Part shown: positions 12,876 through 26,064 of the stretch, piece by piece | Layout of the letters: each line of letters opens with the position of its first letter | Numbering within the stretch: the stretch's first letter is position 1 | Made by a program: the position numbers and the translations under genes | Origin: Octopus bimaculoides | Lineage: Eukaryota | Length of the DNA stretch: 64,000 nucleotides | Assembly (NCBI RefSeq): GCF_001194135.2 | Contig: NC_069000.1 | Span: 2,083,042-2,147,041 of the forward strand | Direction of reading: 5' to 3' | Notes under the pieces: generated by a model | Database searches by the model: none | What the model saw: only the letters and a program-made list of their open reading frames with translations | Told to the model about the DNA's origin: nothing

Positions 12876-13527
12876 ACATACACACTCACACATACACATC
12901 TATTAAATCAAATCCCAGGTTTATAGTTGGTTGTACTTGCCCAGTGTGCTCCGCCGTGGTCACAGGGCTGAGAAGCAAGATTCTTAACCACGCAGCAACG
13001 CCTGCACCAAATATATTTACAATAACCTATCACAGAAGAACGTCGAGTTCTATGTTTTCTTCTTTAAAGCACATAGATCTCTTAATTGAATAAAAGCCAC
13101 TAATTCACCCAGTCCTATTGAATCAAATATAATTAGAAATATTGTGTTTGTGCCTGAGGAAGAAATCAACATCGTATAACATTATAATATCGATCTACAA
13201 AATCCGCAGGCGATTAAAATGTCTTTTAATTTACTGACGGCAACACGCAGAGTCCGATATTATGTAGATTGACCATAGATTGTTTTCGATATGTCTGGGA
13301 TTATATTTGAATGAAAAAATAAACGAATACAAATACATGTAAAAGATCGACTCAAAAATAAACTGCGAGGAGAATTAGTTGCATGGTTAGAAAATTAAGG
13401 ACTCTAAAAGTAACAAGATCACACACACACACACGCATTATGTGTGTGTGTAGGTATATATATATATTTATATACAGATCCCTATATACACATATGTACA
13501 CAAAAAAAAAAAACACACACATACGTA

Positions 13528-13963
13528 TACACCAGAGGGTACCCAAAAGTAACCAGAATCATACTCTGTGGGAGAAGCTCGTCGTAGTTCAGGTTTCCGC
13601 TGCTAACAGCCACTTTATGCGACCCTCAAGCCTCAGTCTACCGTCTGGCGTTTTCAGTTGGAGTTATACAGCCACGTGGTGCGTGTTTGTCTTGCAGTGC
13701 TTCTCTCCTGTTCGTCGGTTTTTTGCGATGGCTGAAACGAAGGAACAGCGTGCTCCCGTTAAATTCGGTTTTCTGCTGGTGAGATCGGCGGCCGAAGCAG
13801 TTGCATGGCTTCAAACAATTTACGCCGCTGCCGTGACCAAAACACAAGTGGTTCCCAAGCTTTATTTTCAAGCGTTATTTGTCGCTCGAGTAGCGATCGA
13901 TCACGTTCAGGGTGACTGTCGACCGCTTGAACAAATGAAAGCATCATGAAAATTCATGAACTA
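13528..13963 (+). mobile_element. Mariner element 5' end: TIR, 5' UTR and decayed transposase N-terminus, running into an N-gap
   Basis: TIR-like GAGGGTACCCAAAAGTAACCAGAAT resembles the TIR at 40561-40591. From ATG 13728: MAETKEQRAPVKFGFLLVRSAAEAVAWLQTIY..TKTQV, then frameshifted RSG*LSTA*TNESIMKIHEL. These match mariner HTH motifs EQR..IKF..LGK.A.ET and RSGRPST. Confidence 0.85.
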
Positions 13964-14268
13964 NNNNNNNNNNNNNNNNNNNNNNNNNNNNNNNNNNNNN
14001 NNNNNNNNNNNNNNNNNNNNNNNNNNNNNNNNNNNNNNNNNNNNNNNNNNNNNNNNNNNNNNNNNNNNNNNNNNNNNNNNNNNNNNNNNNNNNNNNNNNN
14101 NNNNNNNNNNNNNNNNNNNNNNNNNNNNNNNNNNNNNNNNNNNNNNNNNNNNNNNNNNNNNNNNNNNNNNNNNNNNNNNNNNNNNNNNNNNNNNNNNNNN
14201 NNNNNNNNNNNNNNNNNNNNNNNNNNNNNNNNNNNNNNNNNNNNNNNNNNNNNNNNNNNNNNNNNNNN

Positions 14269-14302
<34 letters not shown>

Positions 14303-15192
14303 CACATACATACACACACATATATGTGTGTATGTATGTATGTGTATGCATGTATGTATGTATGTATATATACAAACGCAAGGTTATCCACATGCTACTG
14401 CAATTTCTGCTGCAGCTATTGCTACTCTGAGAGGCGTAGTGAAACTAAACACTGGATGCCATTTGACAAACTTGTATTCAGTGGTCTTCACTGTAAGTTT
14501 TAGTAACTTATATACTAATGAAGTTGATTTCTGTTTAGTATGCACAAACATGCAGTCATAAAGGAAATGCAATTTGGTAGAAATCCATAACATCCCTGTC
14601 GAAAATCGGCGCGTTATCGATTTGCGACAATAATTATATTGATTTAGACAATGAATGTCGGATGTGCACGAGTGATAAAGTGCCGGACCACTAGCGTGTT
14701 ACTAGAATTTAGAATAGTTTCTATAAAGGTTCACTTCAAACACGTCTGAGATTTACGTTGCATTTCACTGATTTGTGGGACAAAATAAGATATCATTAAG
14801 GATAAACAACTATCGATTAACCACTCAGAACTACACATACACATACACACACACTCACACACACACGCACAAATGTACACTTACACATAATCTTAAAATC
14901 TTACACATATATACACGTGTGTGTGAGTGTGTGTGTGTGTGGTAAGGTAGAACAAAATGAACAACGACCACGTGATTCGAGCATTTAGATGATTTATATC
15001 TCATATAGAAGCAGTTTTTAGGCTGATGGTGGCTTTACTAAATAACATTATAGAAAAAATACTTTTATTTCTATCCTCAGAGTATTTTTTGATAAATAAA
15101 GTTATTATCTGTTATTATATATCTGTTTTTTTTAATAAACATAAATCTGTCCTCAAATATCTTACGCTCCCTGTATACATTATATATATGTC

Positions 15193-15238
<46 letters not shown>

Positions 15239-15271
15239 TATCCATACAGACACTCACAAATACACATACAG

Positions 15272-15420
15272 AACCCGACTGAATTCACTGACACTATAGC
15301 CCTGCCCACGAAGGCAGCAACCATCGATTACATCGACATTAAAGAGGCAGATCTAATAGTGTCCATACACGAAAAGAACTTAAACTCACCGACTGATCCG
15401 GATGGTTTCCCACCTATTCC
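15272..15420 (+). mobile_element. CR1/Jockey-like LINE ORF2 fragment just upstream of the RT domain
   Basis: NPTEFTDTIALPTKAATIDYIDIKEADLIVSIHEKNLNSPTDPDGFPPI resembles the conserved I.I...DV...I..L..NS..GPDG.P motif. Confidence 0.65.
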
Positions 15421-15623
15421 AGATTCCCTATTACCGACCGATACGATTCGAACTCTCCGTCTCTATGTTAAATGTTAGTCCCTCTGTACCGAGTAGATAA
15501 TCAATTATGGAAAGAAACCAAGAATTACATTTTACGAATTAGATTGTATAAGTTCAAAGTTCTGAGTTCTTATAGTAATTCAAAATAAGGAATTGTAATC
15601 TATTAAATACAAATATAATATGA

Positions 15624-15690
<67 letters not shown>

Positions 15691-16205
15691 ACATACATAC
15701 CTACATACATGTATGTATGTAGGTATGCATATACTTACATACATATATATGAATGTATATGCATATACAAAGGCATACATATTAATAGATGTGTGTGGGT
15801 GTGGGAAGGGATGGAATGTTTTGGTATTCACCTCTATCGAAATATCTCCGTTAGATTAAACTTTACAACCGGATACGCATTAAATGAGTTGGCAACATTA
15901 AGTGATAATAAAACTTCTTCAGATTTCCGTTCATCTTGCAAACCTGAATTTATTAAGCGATACTATTGTAAAACAGCTTTTGTTTCGGTACATCACTTTT
16001 ATTTTTGCATCTCTCTCTTTCCTCCTTCACGCCGCATAGCAACAGATTAAGAATTAAATAGTCCTGTGGAGGTAAATGTCATGATTTGAATAGTTTGGTC
16101 CTAACATAATTAACACATTAGCACACACGCACGTTCACCCACACTCATACACGCATACACACACACATACCCTCCCCCCGCAAACCTCTATGAATATATA
16201 CATGC

Positions 16206-16264
<59 letters not shown>

Positions 16265-16397
16265 AATAATGTACTTACGTCTTATGTGTGTATTTACGTA
16301 TGAAAGGATGTATACCTCCCTATGTCTATGTGTCTGTCAATCTAAGATCCCTCAATTTCTCTCTCGATCCTATATATACATATATATATGTGTCTGC

Positions 16398-16431
<34 letters not shown>

Positions 16432-17244
16432 GAGATGCATAGATCAATTAAAATGAGAGCTTTTAACAATTACAAGAGAAAGGCTAGTGTGTGTACATAG
16501 ATATATGTGTCTGTATGGACAAACAGACAAACACACTCACACACATTCATACTCAAGCACACATATATCTGAGGAGAAGAGAACAATTAAAAACGAGAGC
16601 TTTTAACAAATCCCAAGATTTAACAATTAGAAGGGAAATGTAGTAATAACTACAATGTGTGGAATGGAATAATGTGCGAACATGAATTTCGTATTTATCT
16701 GTCATTAAAAACTTCTAAACTCTTCAAATACTATTAACACTATTTTAATAGCTGAGAGAAACGAAGGTTAGTGAAGTATCCATGTCTTTATTTCCGCTTC
16801 CTGTTGTTAGTCGGTGAATATGATACTGTTATTCTCAAACAGCAAAATTTAGCGGATCACCTACTACATCGGAGCTTCCTGGTAAAATCCTGCAAACGAT
16901 AGATTGTGGCGTTAAAATTATCAATGGTTGGAGTCCACCGCATCAGGCAAGGAGACTTCTTTGTCCATGCTTCTCAGCACAATCGGTGAAGGTAAAACAG
17001 GTCGGGATTTTAATGGTACGGACCAAAAGTAAAATATCACTTAACCATGTTGATGTGGCTTTTGATCATATGCGGGATCACGCATTTGCGAAACTTTATT
17101 GATCTACCAACCACGCATGCGAACATGGAGACTTCGCTATATTAGAAAACTTATTTCACGGTTATTATCAAAAACATTGGGACAATACATACATACATAC
17201 ATACATAATACATACATACATGCATGCAGCATGCATACATACAT

Positions 17245-17354
<110 letters not shown>

Positions 17355-17362
17355 AAAAAGTA

Positions 17363-17614
17363 TTATGGTCACTTGAATGTGGCGGTCGTCTAAGAGACGA
17401 CGATACTGCCATTTAACCTCCAGCAGGCTTATTCAGTGCGCATCTCGCACGTGATATTTATTGCAAGTGGGAGATAACTCCTCACTAGCTGGTTTCAAGA
17501 CCACCAGATCACATGGTTTCCATCTGTATTGGATCTCCTCGGTGGTGCATATTCGTTGCCAGGCATGGTAGCATCGTCCTCTCTTAGATGACAGCCACAT
17601 TAAAATGACCATAA
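17363..17614. mobile_element. MITE-like element with about 50-bp imperfect terminal inverted repeats
   Basis: 17365-17412 versus the reverse complement of 17565-17612 match at 41 of 48 nt, extended by TT/AA. Possible TA TSD at 17364-17365 and 17612-17613. Non-coding interior of about 150 bp. Confidence 0.75.
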
Positions 17615-19508
17615 ACAATAAATTTTTGTTCGGAAATTGCTTCTATCCGAAACAGAGATTTTTAAAATGCACTAGTTTCCTAGTCACGAAATCATGGATT
17701 GTATGACACTGTGTTTTCTATATATTACAAGTAAGCCATATGTGTGTGTGTGTTGCGTGTGTTGTTTGTGTGTGTGTGTTTATTTTTTTGTAAAAGCACT
17801 TATGTACACGGAAATATATGTAGTTATTGGTGAAAGTGTTGGACAAAAGGAGTGTATAATAATTATATATACATTTTGTTCTACTGAAACTAGGTCCAGA
17901 ATAAAGGCCTGGATCGGATTGCCATCTCTAAAAGTTCGCTTGCCATAATATTTTGGTTCATTCAGGTTAGACCTGCAGTAATATTGTCAAAGCAGAAAAA
18001 TATATAAAGAAATGTCTCCATCGGCAACAAGAACATTTTCACAAGTTAAGTCTAATATATTTTTTGGCTGTTTAAAAATATATATTACATGAAAATTATT
18101 ATATTATTTCATATTTCATTTAAATAAAACATTTGCAAATTACAGATTATTTTCACTCACAAAGAAAATAAAAATATCTCTACTTTCATTTAATATTTCT
18201 TATATGCAACACCACGTTCCACTAATTACATATGATCGATATATGAAATTAAAAGTATTATTATATATTCCTAGTAAAGAACTAAGAAAACTTTTGAAGC
18301 TTATAATTTTAAACGTCAGCTATGCAAACGACGCAAGCTATGCCGCATTCTTCAATATGAATTCCTGTCCGCCAGATGAAATTAATGAAAACATAGTAAT
18401 TTAGTTTCTAATTGTTTCTTTCCTAAATGACAAAATACGTTGACGTTTCAATTAGTCAGCACATACATACATAGACACACAGACACATATATATGCGTGC
18501 ACACACACACACACATAGGCGCAAACACACACACTTCTATATCAATAAATATAATACTTGCATATACATAGATACATATATATGTATATATATATATTTG
18601 CACGTATATATGTGTGTATATGTGTATATATCTAAATATTTTTCTATATGTTCACATCTATATAACATTGGTTCATATATATATATGTATATATATACGT
18701 GCATATTCATGTTTATATATACTTTTATGTATAAATGTACATGAACATATGCGTGTGTATTATGCATGTATGTGTGTGTGTGCATGTATGTATGCATGTA
18801 TGTATCTATCTATCAATATATATATATATATATAGATATATATGTGTGTGTATATATGTGAATGTGGAGGCTGGAGCATCCGTGAGACATATCTTGTAAC
18901 CTGAATGTATGGTATAAGTCTCTCTGTGTGTCCGTGTGCATGTGTTTCATTTACTTTCAAATATGCACAATGGTATGCTGAGGTGTTATACGAGTTATTA
19001 AGATTACATATATATATTATAATGACTTTTGGCAAGTGTAAGAAAGACATCGTATCATTAAAAATACGATACACCGTAATGCTAAATAAAGCACAAGTAA
19101 TCGGGGACAGCTAAAGCTTTGAAACACACACACACACACACACATTCACACACAGGCACACGCACATACACCCGCACACACATATGAATACATATATGAA
19201 TTTATACATATGTACATAAAGATATGTATATGCGATCATACTATAATTATCAGTATGTCTTTGTTATGAATGTGATGTATTATTTATCATAATTGTATTT
19301 AGAATGAACATGTTTCAAAGTTGTAATGAGTAGTTTTGCAAATCCGAAATCATTAGAATTCTGTTGACAATCCGAATAAATCAAATGCGTTCAAAAATGC
19401 ATGCGTACATGTATACATACTTGCATGTATACATACTTGCATGTATACATTCATAAATGAGTGTCTATATATACATACATACATACTTACATACATCCAT
19501 ACATAACG

Positions 19509-19995
19509 ATGAGACATGATGTTGTAGTTAGGACACTTAATAACGAGATCCGTCGAAGAGATACTCTGAAGATAAAGAAATAAGAACCTACACTTTGGTG
19601 GAAGACATAGCCACTCATAATAAAAAGCACTATTGGTGGAATGTTCCAGTGAATACCTCAATCAAATCTAATCACAATAGACCTGACATAAGGATTTGGG
19701 ATCGAGAAGAGAAATTGCGTACAGTTGTGGAAATTAGCTGCCCACCGGATGTTAACTTAATGATGAAGATCAGTGAAAAAGAGAATACCTACGCTGAATT
19801 ATTGAGAGATCTGCAGTTACTCTATCCAGATTACAAGCTCAGGTTTATATCTGTAATTATTGGGGCCCTGGGATATGTGACACTGCTTAAATATTAATCT
19901 TGAGAAATTAGGCTTCTCAGAACCAGAAAGGAGAAAGCTGATTCGAAGACTACAGATCCGATCCATCACTGGAACTATCAAAATCTATATATAAA
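19509..19995 (+). mobile_element. 5'-truncated R4/Dong-like non-LTR retrotransposon fragment encoding a restriction-like endonuclease (RLE) domain
   Basis: RHDVVVRTL (end of the CCHC region), then HYWWNVPVNTSIKSNHNRPDIRIWDREEKLRTVVEISCPPDVNLMMKISEKENTYAELLRDLQLLYPDYKLRFISVIIGALGYV (PD-(D/E)xK RLE motif), then frameshifted NLEKLGFSEPERRKLIRRLQIRSITGTIKI. Confidence 0.85.
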
Positions 19996-20269
19996 AATCT
20001 ATATAAAATCTATATAAATCTCTCTCTCTATATATATATACATTCATACATACGTACATATATACATATATATATTGGTGCGGAAAATTTCGATTACAGC
20101 TCATCTGAAAACGAAACGTAAAATCGGCCCATATATAGACTTCAATGAGGCGTCCCAATATGGCCGCTGCCGAATGATTGTAACAATCATAGAAAATTAT
20201 ATAAACTACAGTATATTTCGTTATTTAATTAATGTCCTTCTCTTAATACTGTTATGCTTGTTATCTGGC

Positions 20270-20345
<76 letters not shown>

Positions 20346-20445
20346 AAGAGAGAGGGAGTAACATCTATTTTTGTATAACTGACGTTATATAGTAAATATA
20401 AAGTAGAACGGATTAAGTTAAAAAGCTTTCATATATTTCTATTTC

Positions 20446-20454
<9 letters not shown>

Positions 20455-20522
<68 letters not shown>

Positions 20523-20556
20523 CCATTAGTAGTAGTAGTAAAGAAATCACCATCAC

Positions 20557-20585
<29 letters not shown>
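20455..20585. repeat. (ATT)n arrays with (AGT)n and (CAC/CAT) interruptions
   Basis: Direct reading. Confidence 0.9.
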
Positions 20586-20589
<4 letters not shown>

Positions 20590-21486
20590 TTATATCATTT
20601 GTAATATGTGTATTTTATATCGCGAAAGCTAATTTCTATAGATGCAATCAACAGATAACTGCCACCATTGTTAAAAAAAAAGTTTCGTCTTTCACATGAA
20701 CTAAATAATATTTGCAAAAATGCAATTTTTCTCCTCCTCGCTCTGAAAACTGCCATATTGATTTTTTAATACAACGTGTATTGTGTAACATTGTGTTGTT
20801 ATTGATCGTGTTATGAATTACTACGTATTCTTTTTCTATGTAACCTTGTATTGAATGGTGGAAATTAGTATTGTTATAAATACACGTGATATTTTTTTTT
20901 CTGTCTCTTTTGTATTGCCGATGCAAGTGATAGAAAAAAAGTGTATTTTCTCAAGCAAGCGTTCTTTGTTTATCTTAAAAGGGAATATTGAAAAGACGTC
21001 GTATTGAAACGCCATCTTAAATTTTATGATTGTTTATCAAAATCTTTGAACGTTACAAAAGAAAGCTTTATTTAAACAGAAGCAGCTAACAAAATGTAAC
21101 TTCAAAAGATTAAAAATAATATTATAAAAAGTCAATAATGAAATATAAATCATCATTACACTTATTTCTTTTTTCGTTAGATATCGAAAAATATCAATAT
21201 GTCGAAATCTTTCATCCTAGTGTAAGCAGTCATTTGGAAAGCGACTGCTACTGTCTGTGAATTAGATATTAAGAGGAGACAATTTCCTGCCAACAGTCCA
21301 GTCCGTGGGTAAATACATTATGATAAAATTAAAAAAGGAAGACTAAAGCTGATATGATATTTTCGTATTATTATTGTCACAATGGTCAATTTTTTTCTAT
21401 CCAAGCCTTACATCGGATAAATACTAGGATTGGGGAATTTCATGCACCAGATTTATACAATTGTTAAGGACGAGTGAATGGTTCTG

Positions 21487-21674
21487 GTTTCTGAAATGTT
21501 GGGGGAGGGAAGAGCCAGTCGGTTAGCTCGATCTCAGTACGCAACTGGTACTTAATTCATCGACCTTGAAAAGAGGAAAGTCAAAGTCGACTTTGAACTC
21601 AGAACGTAGCGACGGGCGAAATAGCGCTGAGCATTTCGTCTAGCGTGCTAATAAACCTACCAGCTCACCGGCTT
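21487..21674 (-). mobile_element. Family-A SINE, decayed with an internal deletion
   Basis: CAGTACGCAACTGGTACTTAATTCATCGACC...TTTGAACTCAGAACGTAGCGACGGGCGAAAT...CAGCTCACCG is colinear with the 34928 copy. Confidence 0.8.
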
Positions 21675-22025
21675 TGTTATATTTAATAGTAAATACATTG
21701 CTTACATGTCTGCATTAATGCAGTGTGCAAAAAGTCCTTCAAGATAATGTAGAATATATGCTATGTCTTCGGGTGAAAGAAAGTCTTTGTTACAATTGTA
21801 TTGATAAATAATAGATAGATAGATAGATTAATAGACACAGTTATGAAACCATTTGTCGTGATATTAGAGTCTTTCTATTGATAAATAAAATTTCATGAGA
21901 ATATGTCTCTCCCATTCATGATTTTATGCACTCTTCATCGGTTCCTCTTGTATCGTATTATAATGCATTAAGGAGTTATCTTATTTGTACTACCGGATTT
22001 CTTGAATCCATATATTGTGACTTAA

Positions 22026-22073
<48 letters not shown>

Positions 22074-22704
22074 NNNNNNNNNNTATATATATATATATAT
22101 ATATATATAAATATTGACGTGTGCAAATGTATGTTCTGATCTCTTTTTCTGTATATATTTATATAGGTAATTGCAAATCAATTGAATGTAAGCGACTATA
22201 CATGCATTAAATATACGTTTCATTAAACCTTATTCAGAATGACAACATATTAAGTCAACACATGTCACTATAGATCGTTTAGTTAGTGTCTATTATAGCG
22301 TAATATAACAACTAATAACCTTCTACGCGTTATCAACTCGTACTCAACGGATTTCAATGAAGTAGTCGCATCTATTTCATAGACAAGTATATCAATATAC
22401 AAGCATCAAGATTGAAATGTTCGTGTTTAGCCCTAGGTCAGTACAAGCGACTCATCAGCTTAATGACCAAAAGGTCTTCTCTCGGACCATCGATATCCTA
22501 TTTTCAAGGTGATTTATTACATTCCGCCTAATTCAGCGGATCAGTACGGATGTGACACAATTGTCCAAGAAACGGAACTGTTTTTAGACTAGCATGACGT
22601 TCCTCGATCCAGGACACGAAGGATTCTCTTGTGAAAAGCAAAGATATTCAACATGTTTCATACTATTGTTCTAAATTTTCAACACTTTCAGTGATTATGT
22701 TATG

Positions 22705-22808
<104 letters not shown>

Positions 22809-23095
22809 TAAAGAATATTTGTCTGAAAATTTCACAAGTTTAGAAATGTCATTTGGTGCAAAGTTTGGAAAGAATTTTCTTCGAATTCACATCGATGTCT
22901 AAATTAGTTCAAACGATTATATTTCCTTGAATACTATGCACCATGGGAATCGTTTTGTTTAGTAAATTTCGCGTATTCAAATTGCTATCCGGATATGTAT
23001 TATTATTATATTACTTCTTCCGGTACAGAAGAAAGCATCTCCTCACAAGAAACAACGTCAACCAAGCAGCCGTGTTCTCAACATTGGTGACTCAA

Positions 23096-23148
23096 TATTA
23101 TTATTATTAAAATTATCATTATTGATATTATTATTTTTATTATTATGA

Positions 23149-23185
<37 letters not shown>

Positions 23186-23186
23186 G

Positions 23187-23233
<47 letters not shown>

Positions 23234-23234
23234 G

Positions 23235-23305
<71 letters not shown>

Positions 23306-23370
23306 CATCATTATCACCATCGCATCATTATTATTATCATTATCTTTATCATTATCTTTATCATTATCAT
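23096..23370. repeat. Long (ATT)n trinucleotide array
   Basis: Direct reading. Gives the artefactual poly-Ile ORFs. Confidence 0.95.
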
Positions 23371-24274
23371 TAGTATTATATTTATTGGTGTTGTCATTAG
23401 TCTTCACACTCTTTTATCTTCCATCATCGTGTGATTGTATATTTTTGTGGAGAATATTCGAAGAATCACGTAGATCACGTAAAAGCAGCGTGTATCTGTT
23501 TAGATAATTAAATTAGGTTAGAAAATCAGTATAATCCTAAATTGGGAACAAATAATTTCTTTTACTCACACTCGATAAATAAATTATTCATGTACGCGCC
23601 GGTTAGTCTCAGAATATAGACAACAAGGCTATTCACAAGGCGGCACCTGGAGAAATGAAGATTTTTCATTGATACTTTGTTCAACACCGGAAAGGGAAGC
23701 AATGCGGTGTGATTGGAATTTTATTCCACAAAATTTTTTAATTCCAAGGAAACGTATAACGTAAACATGGCGGTCAGATTCTCAAATGAAAGATGGATGT
23801 TCAAAAGAAAGTCTAAAGGCTTGTAGTTTATTTGTCCTAGCACTATGGCGTCTGCTTCCGAAATATTAGATTTATACAGGAATAATTTATTTATCTTCAG
23901 TGAATAGAATAAAATATTTGTTCGAAAATTTGCACAAGTAAACGAGGTCTTATCTTTATTAGATAACGTAATTATATCCCTAGACAGACAAATCTCCACA
24001 CCTACGGTATGTGTATATATATATATATNNNNNNNNNNNNNNNNNNNNNNNNNNNNNNNNNNNNNNNNNNNNNNNNNNNNNNNNNNNNNNNNNNNNNNNN
24101 NNNNNNNNNNNNNNNNNNNNNNNNNNNNNNNNNNNNNNNNNNNNNNNNNNNNNNNNNNNNNNNNNNNNNNNNNNNNNNNNNNNNNNNNNNNNNNNNNNNN
24201 NNNNNNNNNNNNNNNNNNNNNNNNNNNNNNNNNNNNNNNNNNNNNNNNNNNNNNNNNNNNNNNNNNNNNNNNNN

Positions 24275-24317
<43 letters not shown>

Positions 24318-24370
24318 GTGTTTATCTATCTCTCTCTGTCCGTCTCTTTCTCTAATGAATATATATTATA

Positions 24371-24491
24371 TTCTTTTACTCTTTTACACGTTTCAGTCAG
24401 TTAACTGCAGCCATGTTGGAGCACCGCCTTTAGTCGAAGAAATCGACCCGAAGACTTATTCTTTGCAAGCCTTGTATTTATTCTATCGGTC
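24371..24491 (-). mobile_element. SINE family B, 3' end
   Basis: CTTTTAC...TTTCAGTCA...GCCATGTTGGAGCACCGCCTTTAGTCGA...AAGCCTTGTATTTATTCTATCGG. Confidence 0.8.
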
Positions 24492-24656
24492 CCCACCCTT
24501 TATATAGAAATAACCCGGAAGTATTTCCTTAGACCATTGCTAGATCACTCTTTTGCCTATCTTCTTCGAAGCTCTACACTGGAAGATAGTATGATTTTAA
24601 TATATTGAGCCTTCTGGCCTTTTCTTTTCCCTTCGTTTATTTTATTTTACGCATTT

Positions 24657-24777
24657 GTATTCACTCTGATGAAGCTCCATGTACTAGATTGAATGTCCTA
24701 TGAAAATGACGAATATTATTTTCGTCATTGTTTCGTAAGAACTGATTGTCATTGAAAGCGGAAACGGCTGTAAGAAT
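24657..24777 (+). ncRNA. Decayed hammerhead-ribozyme-like motif with an extended stem II (Penelope-like pLTR remnant?)
   Basis: CTGATGA at 24666-24672, then A and GCT...AGC(G), GAAA at 24761-24764, quasi-palindromic CGGCTG, and T-A (GUA triplet). Internal 9-bp hairpin AATGACGAA/TTCGTCATT. Stem I is only partly paired. Confidence 0.45.
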
Positions 24778-24881
24778 TGTTGTCATAGAAATGTTCTGTC
24801 ATGTTTTGTATTAAAAACGATCTACTTACAGATAGTGTCCAATTTGTTTGTTCGTTGATCAACAGATTTTGTCATTTTCTG

Positions 24882-24941
<60 letters not shown>

Positions 24942-25956
24942 GCGTGTATGTATATGCTGACACAATCTTACGTATGTGTGTCTCGGTTTGTGTGAGTGTG
25001 TGCATGTGTGTTGTGTTAGTAAATGCCGGAGCCATAGTCTGGAGAAGATAAGAGTTTCAGGCAAAGAAAGAAACTGGCTGACAAAAATTACTGAAACAAT
25101 CTTTATGTTGAAGAGTAAAAATATGCAAGAGTTTCATAAAGTCCGCGATGTAACATTTATTGATGCAGTTCTCCAAACTCCAATAATTGATCTTTGCTTT
25201 CTTTGTTAGAAAACAACATCATCCTTCTGGCAAAAATGCTAATATAAATATAGTAGAAAGAGGCGCATGTGGATATATACGTACACTATACATAGGCAAA
25301 CACACACACACACATACACAGGCAATCAAATATACACGCACACATAGAGGCATATATAAACGACAATGGTCTGCATCTGTGACATCATGAAGAACATGGA
25401 CTCTACGTCGCGTGGTTTAATACAATTCTGCCCATAGATTTACTTGCAATCATGAAAGCGAAAAATATTTTCGTTTCTTTTATCCGGGCATGAAAATCGT
25501 TTACATGGTGTGTGGATTCAATGGCGTTCATATCTTACCCATGTGGCATTAAGAAATTTAATCAAGCGAAATATCTTGAAAACAGAGCTTAGTTGCTTCT
25601 AAGTCACTGTTTTGCTTGTTGTAGCTTATCTCTTGTCCTACACTGCACAAGACATGTATGATAAATATTAAATGCTGCTATAAAATCAATATTTTTCGTC
25701 ACATTTCTTGTAGTGTAATTCTCAAATTATTCATGTTTAGAATTGAATTAACGAATCAACTCAAATGCTATGAGCTCTTACTGTAATGTCCTTTCATAGC
25801 TGCAAATGATAAGAAATAACAATTGCCAAATACCCGAAAAAAAAAAAAAAAAAGGAAGCAAGCCAAACATTGAAGTACTTGTTGAATTTCATATTACACA
25901 AATACTCAGTAACTTGCAAAATAAAACAGGAAAAACAGATATTGGTAAATGCATAC

Positions 25957-26037
25957 TTGAACTCAAAATGTAAAGACAGACGAAATACCGCTAATCATTT
26001 CACCCGGAGTGCTAACATTTCTGCCAGCTCGATGCCT
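25957..26037 (-). mobile_element. Family-A SINE head only (A box to B box)
   Basis: Reverse complement reads AAGGCATCGAGCTGGCAGAAATGTTAGCACTCCGGGTGAAATGATTAGCGGTATTTCGTCTGTCTTTACATTTTGAGTTCAA. Confidence 0.8.
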
Positions 26038-26064
26038 TATTACAGCAATATAATAAGTCTGCAG

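Noticed and set aside
20072-20100. TATTGGTGCGGAAAATT resembling an Hsmar1-type TIR
   Set aside because: Short partial match with no partner TIR or transposase sequence.
23585-23999. YY1-like AACATGGCGG, a few CpGs and a 92-aa minus-strand ORF suggesting a promoter or exon
   Set aside because: A single motif is expected by chance, and the ORF is AT-rich without recognisable homology.
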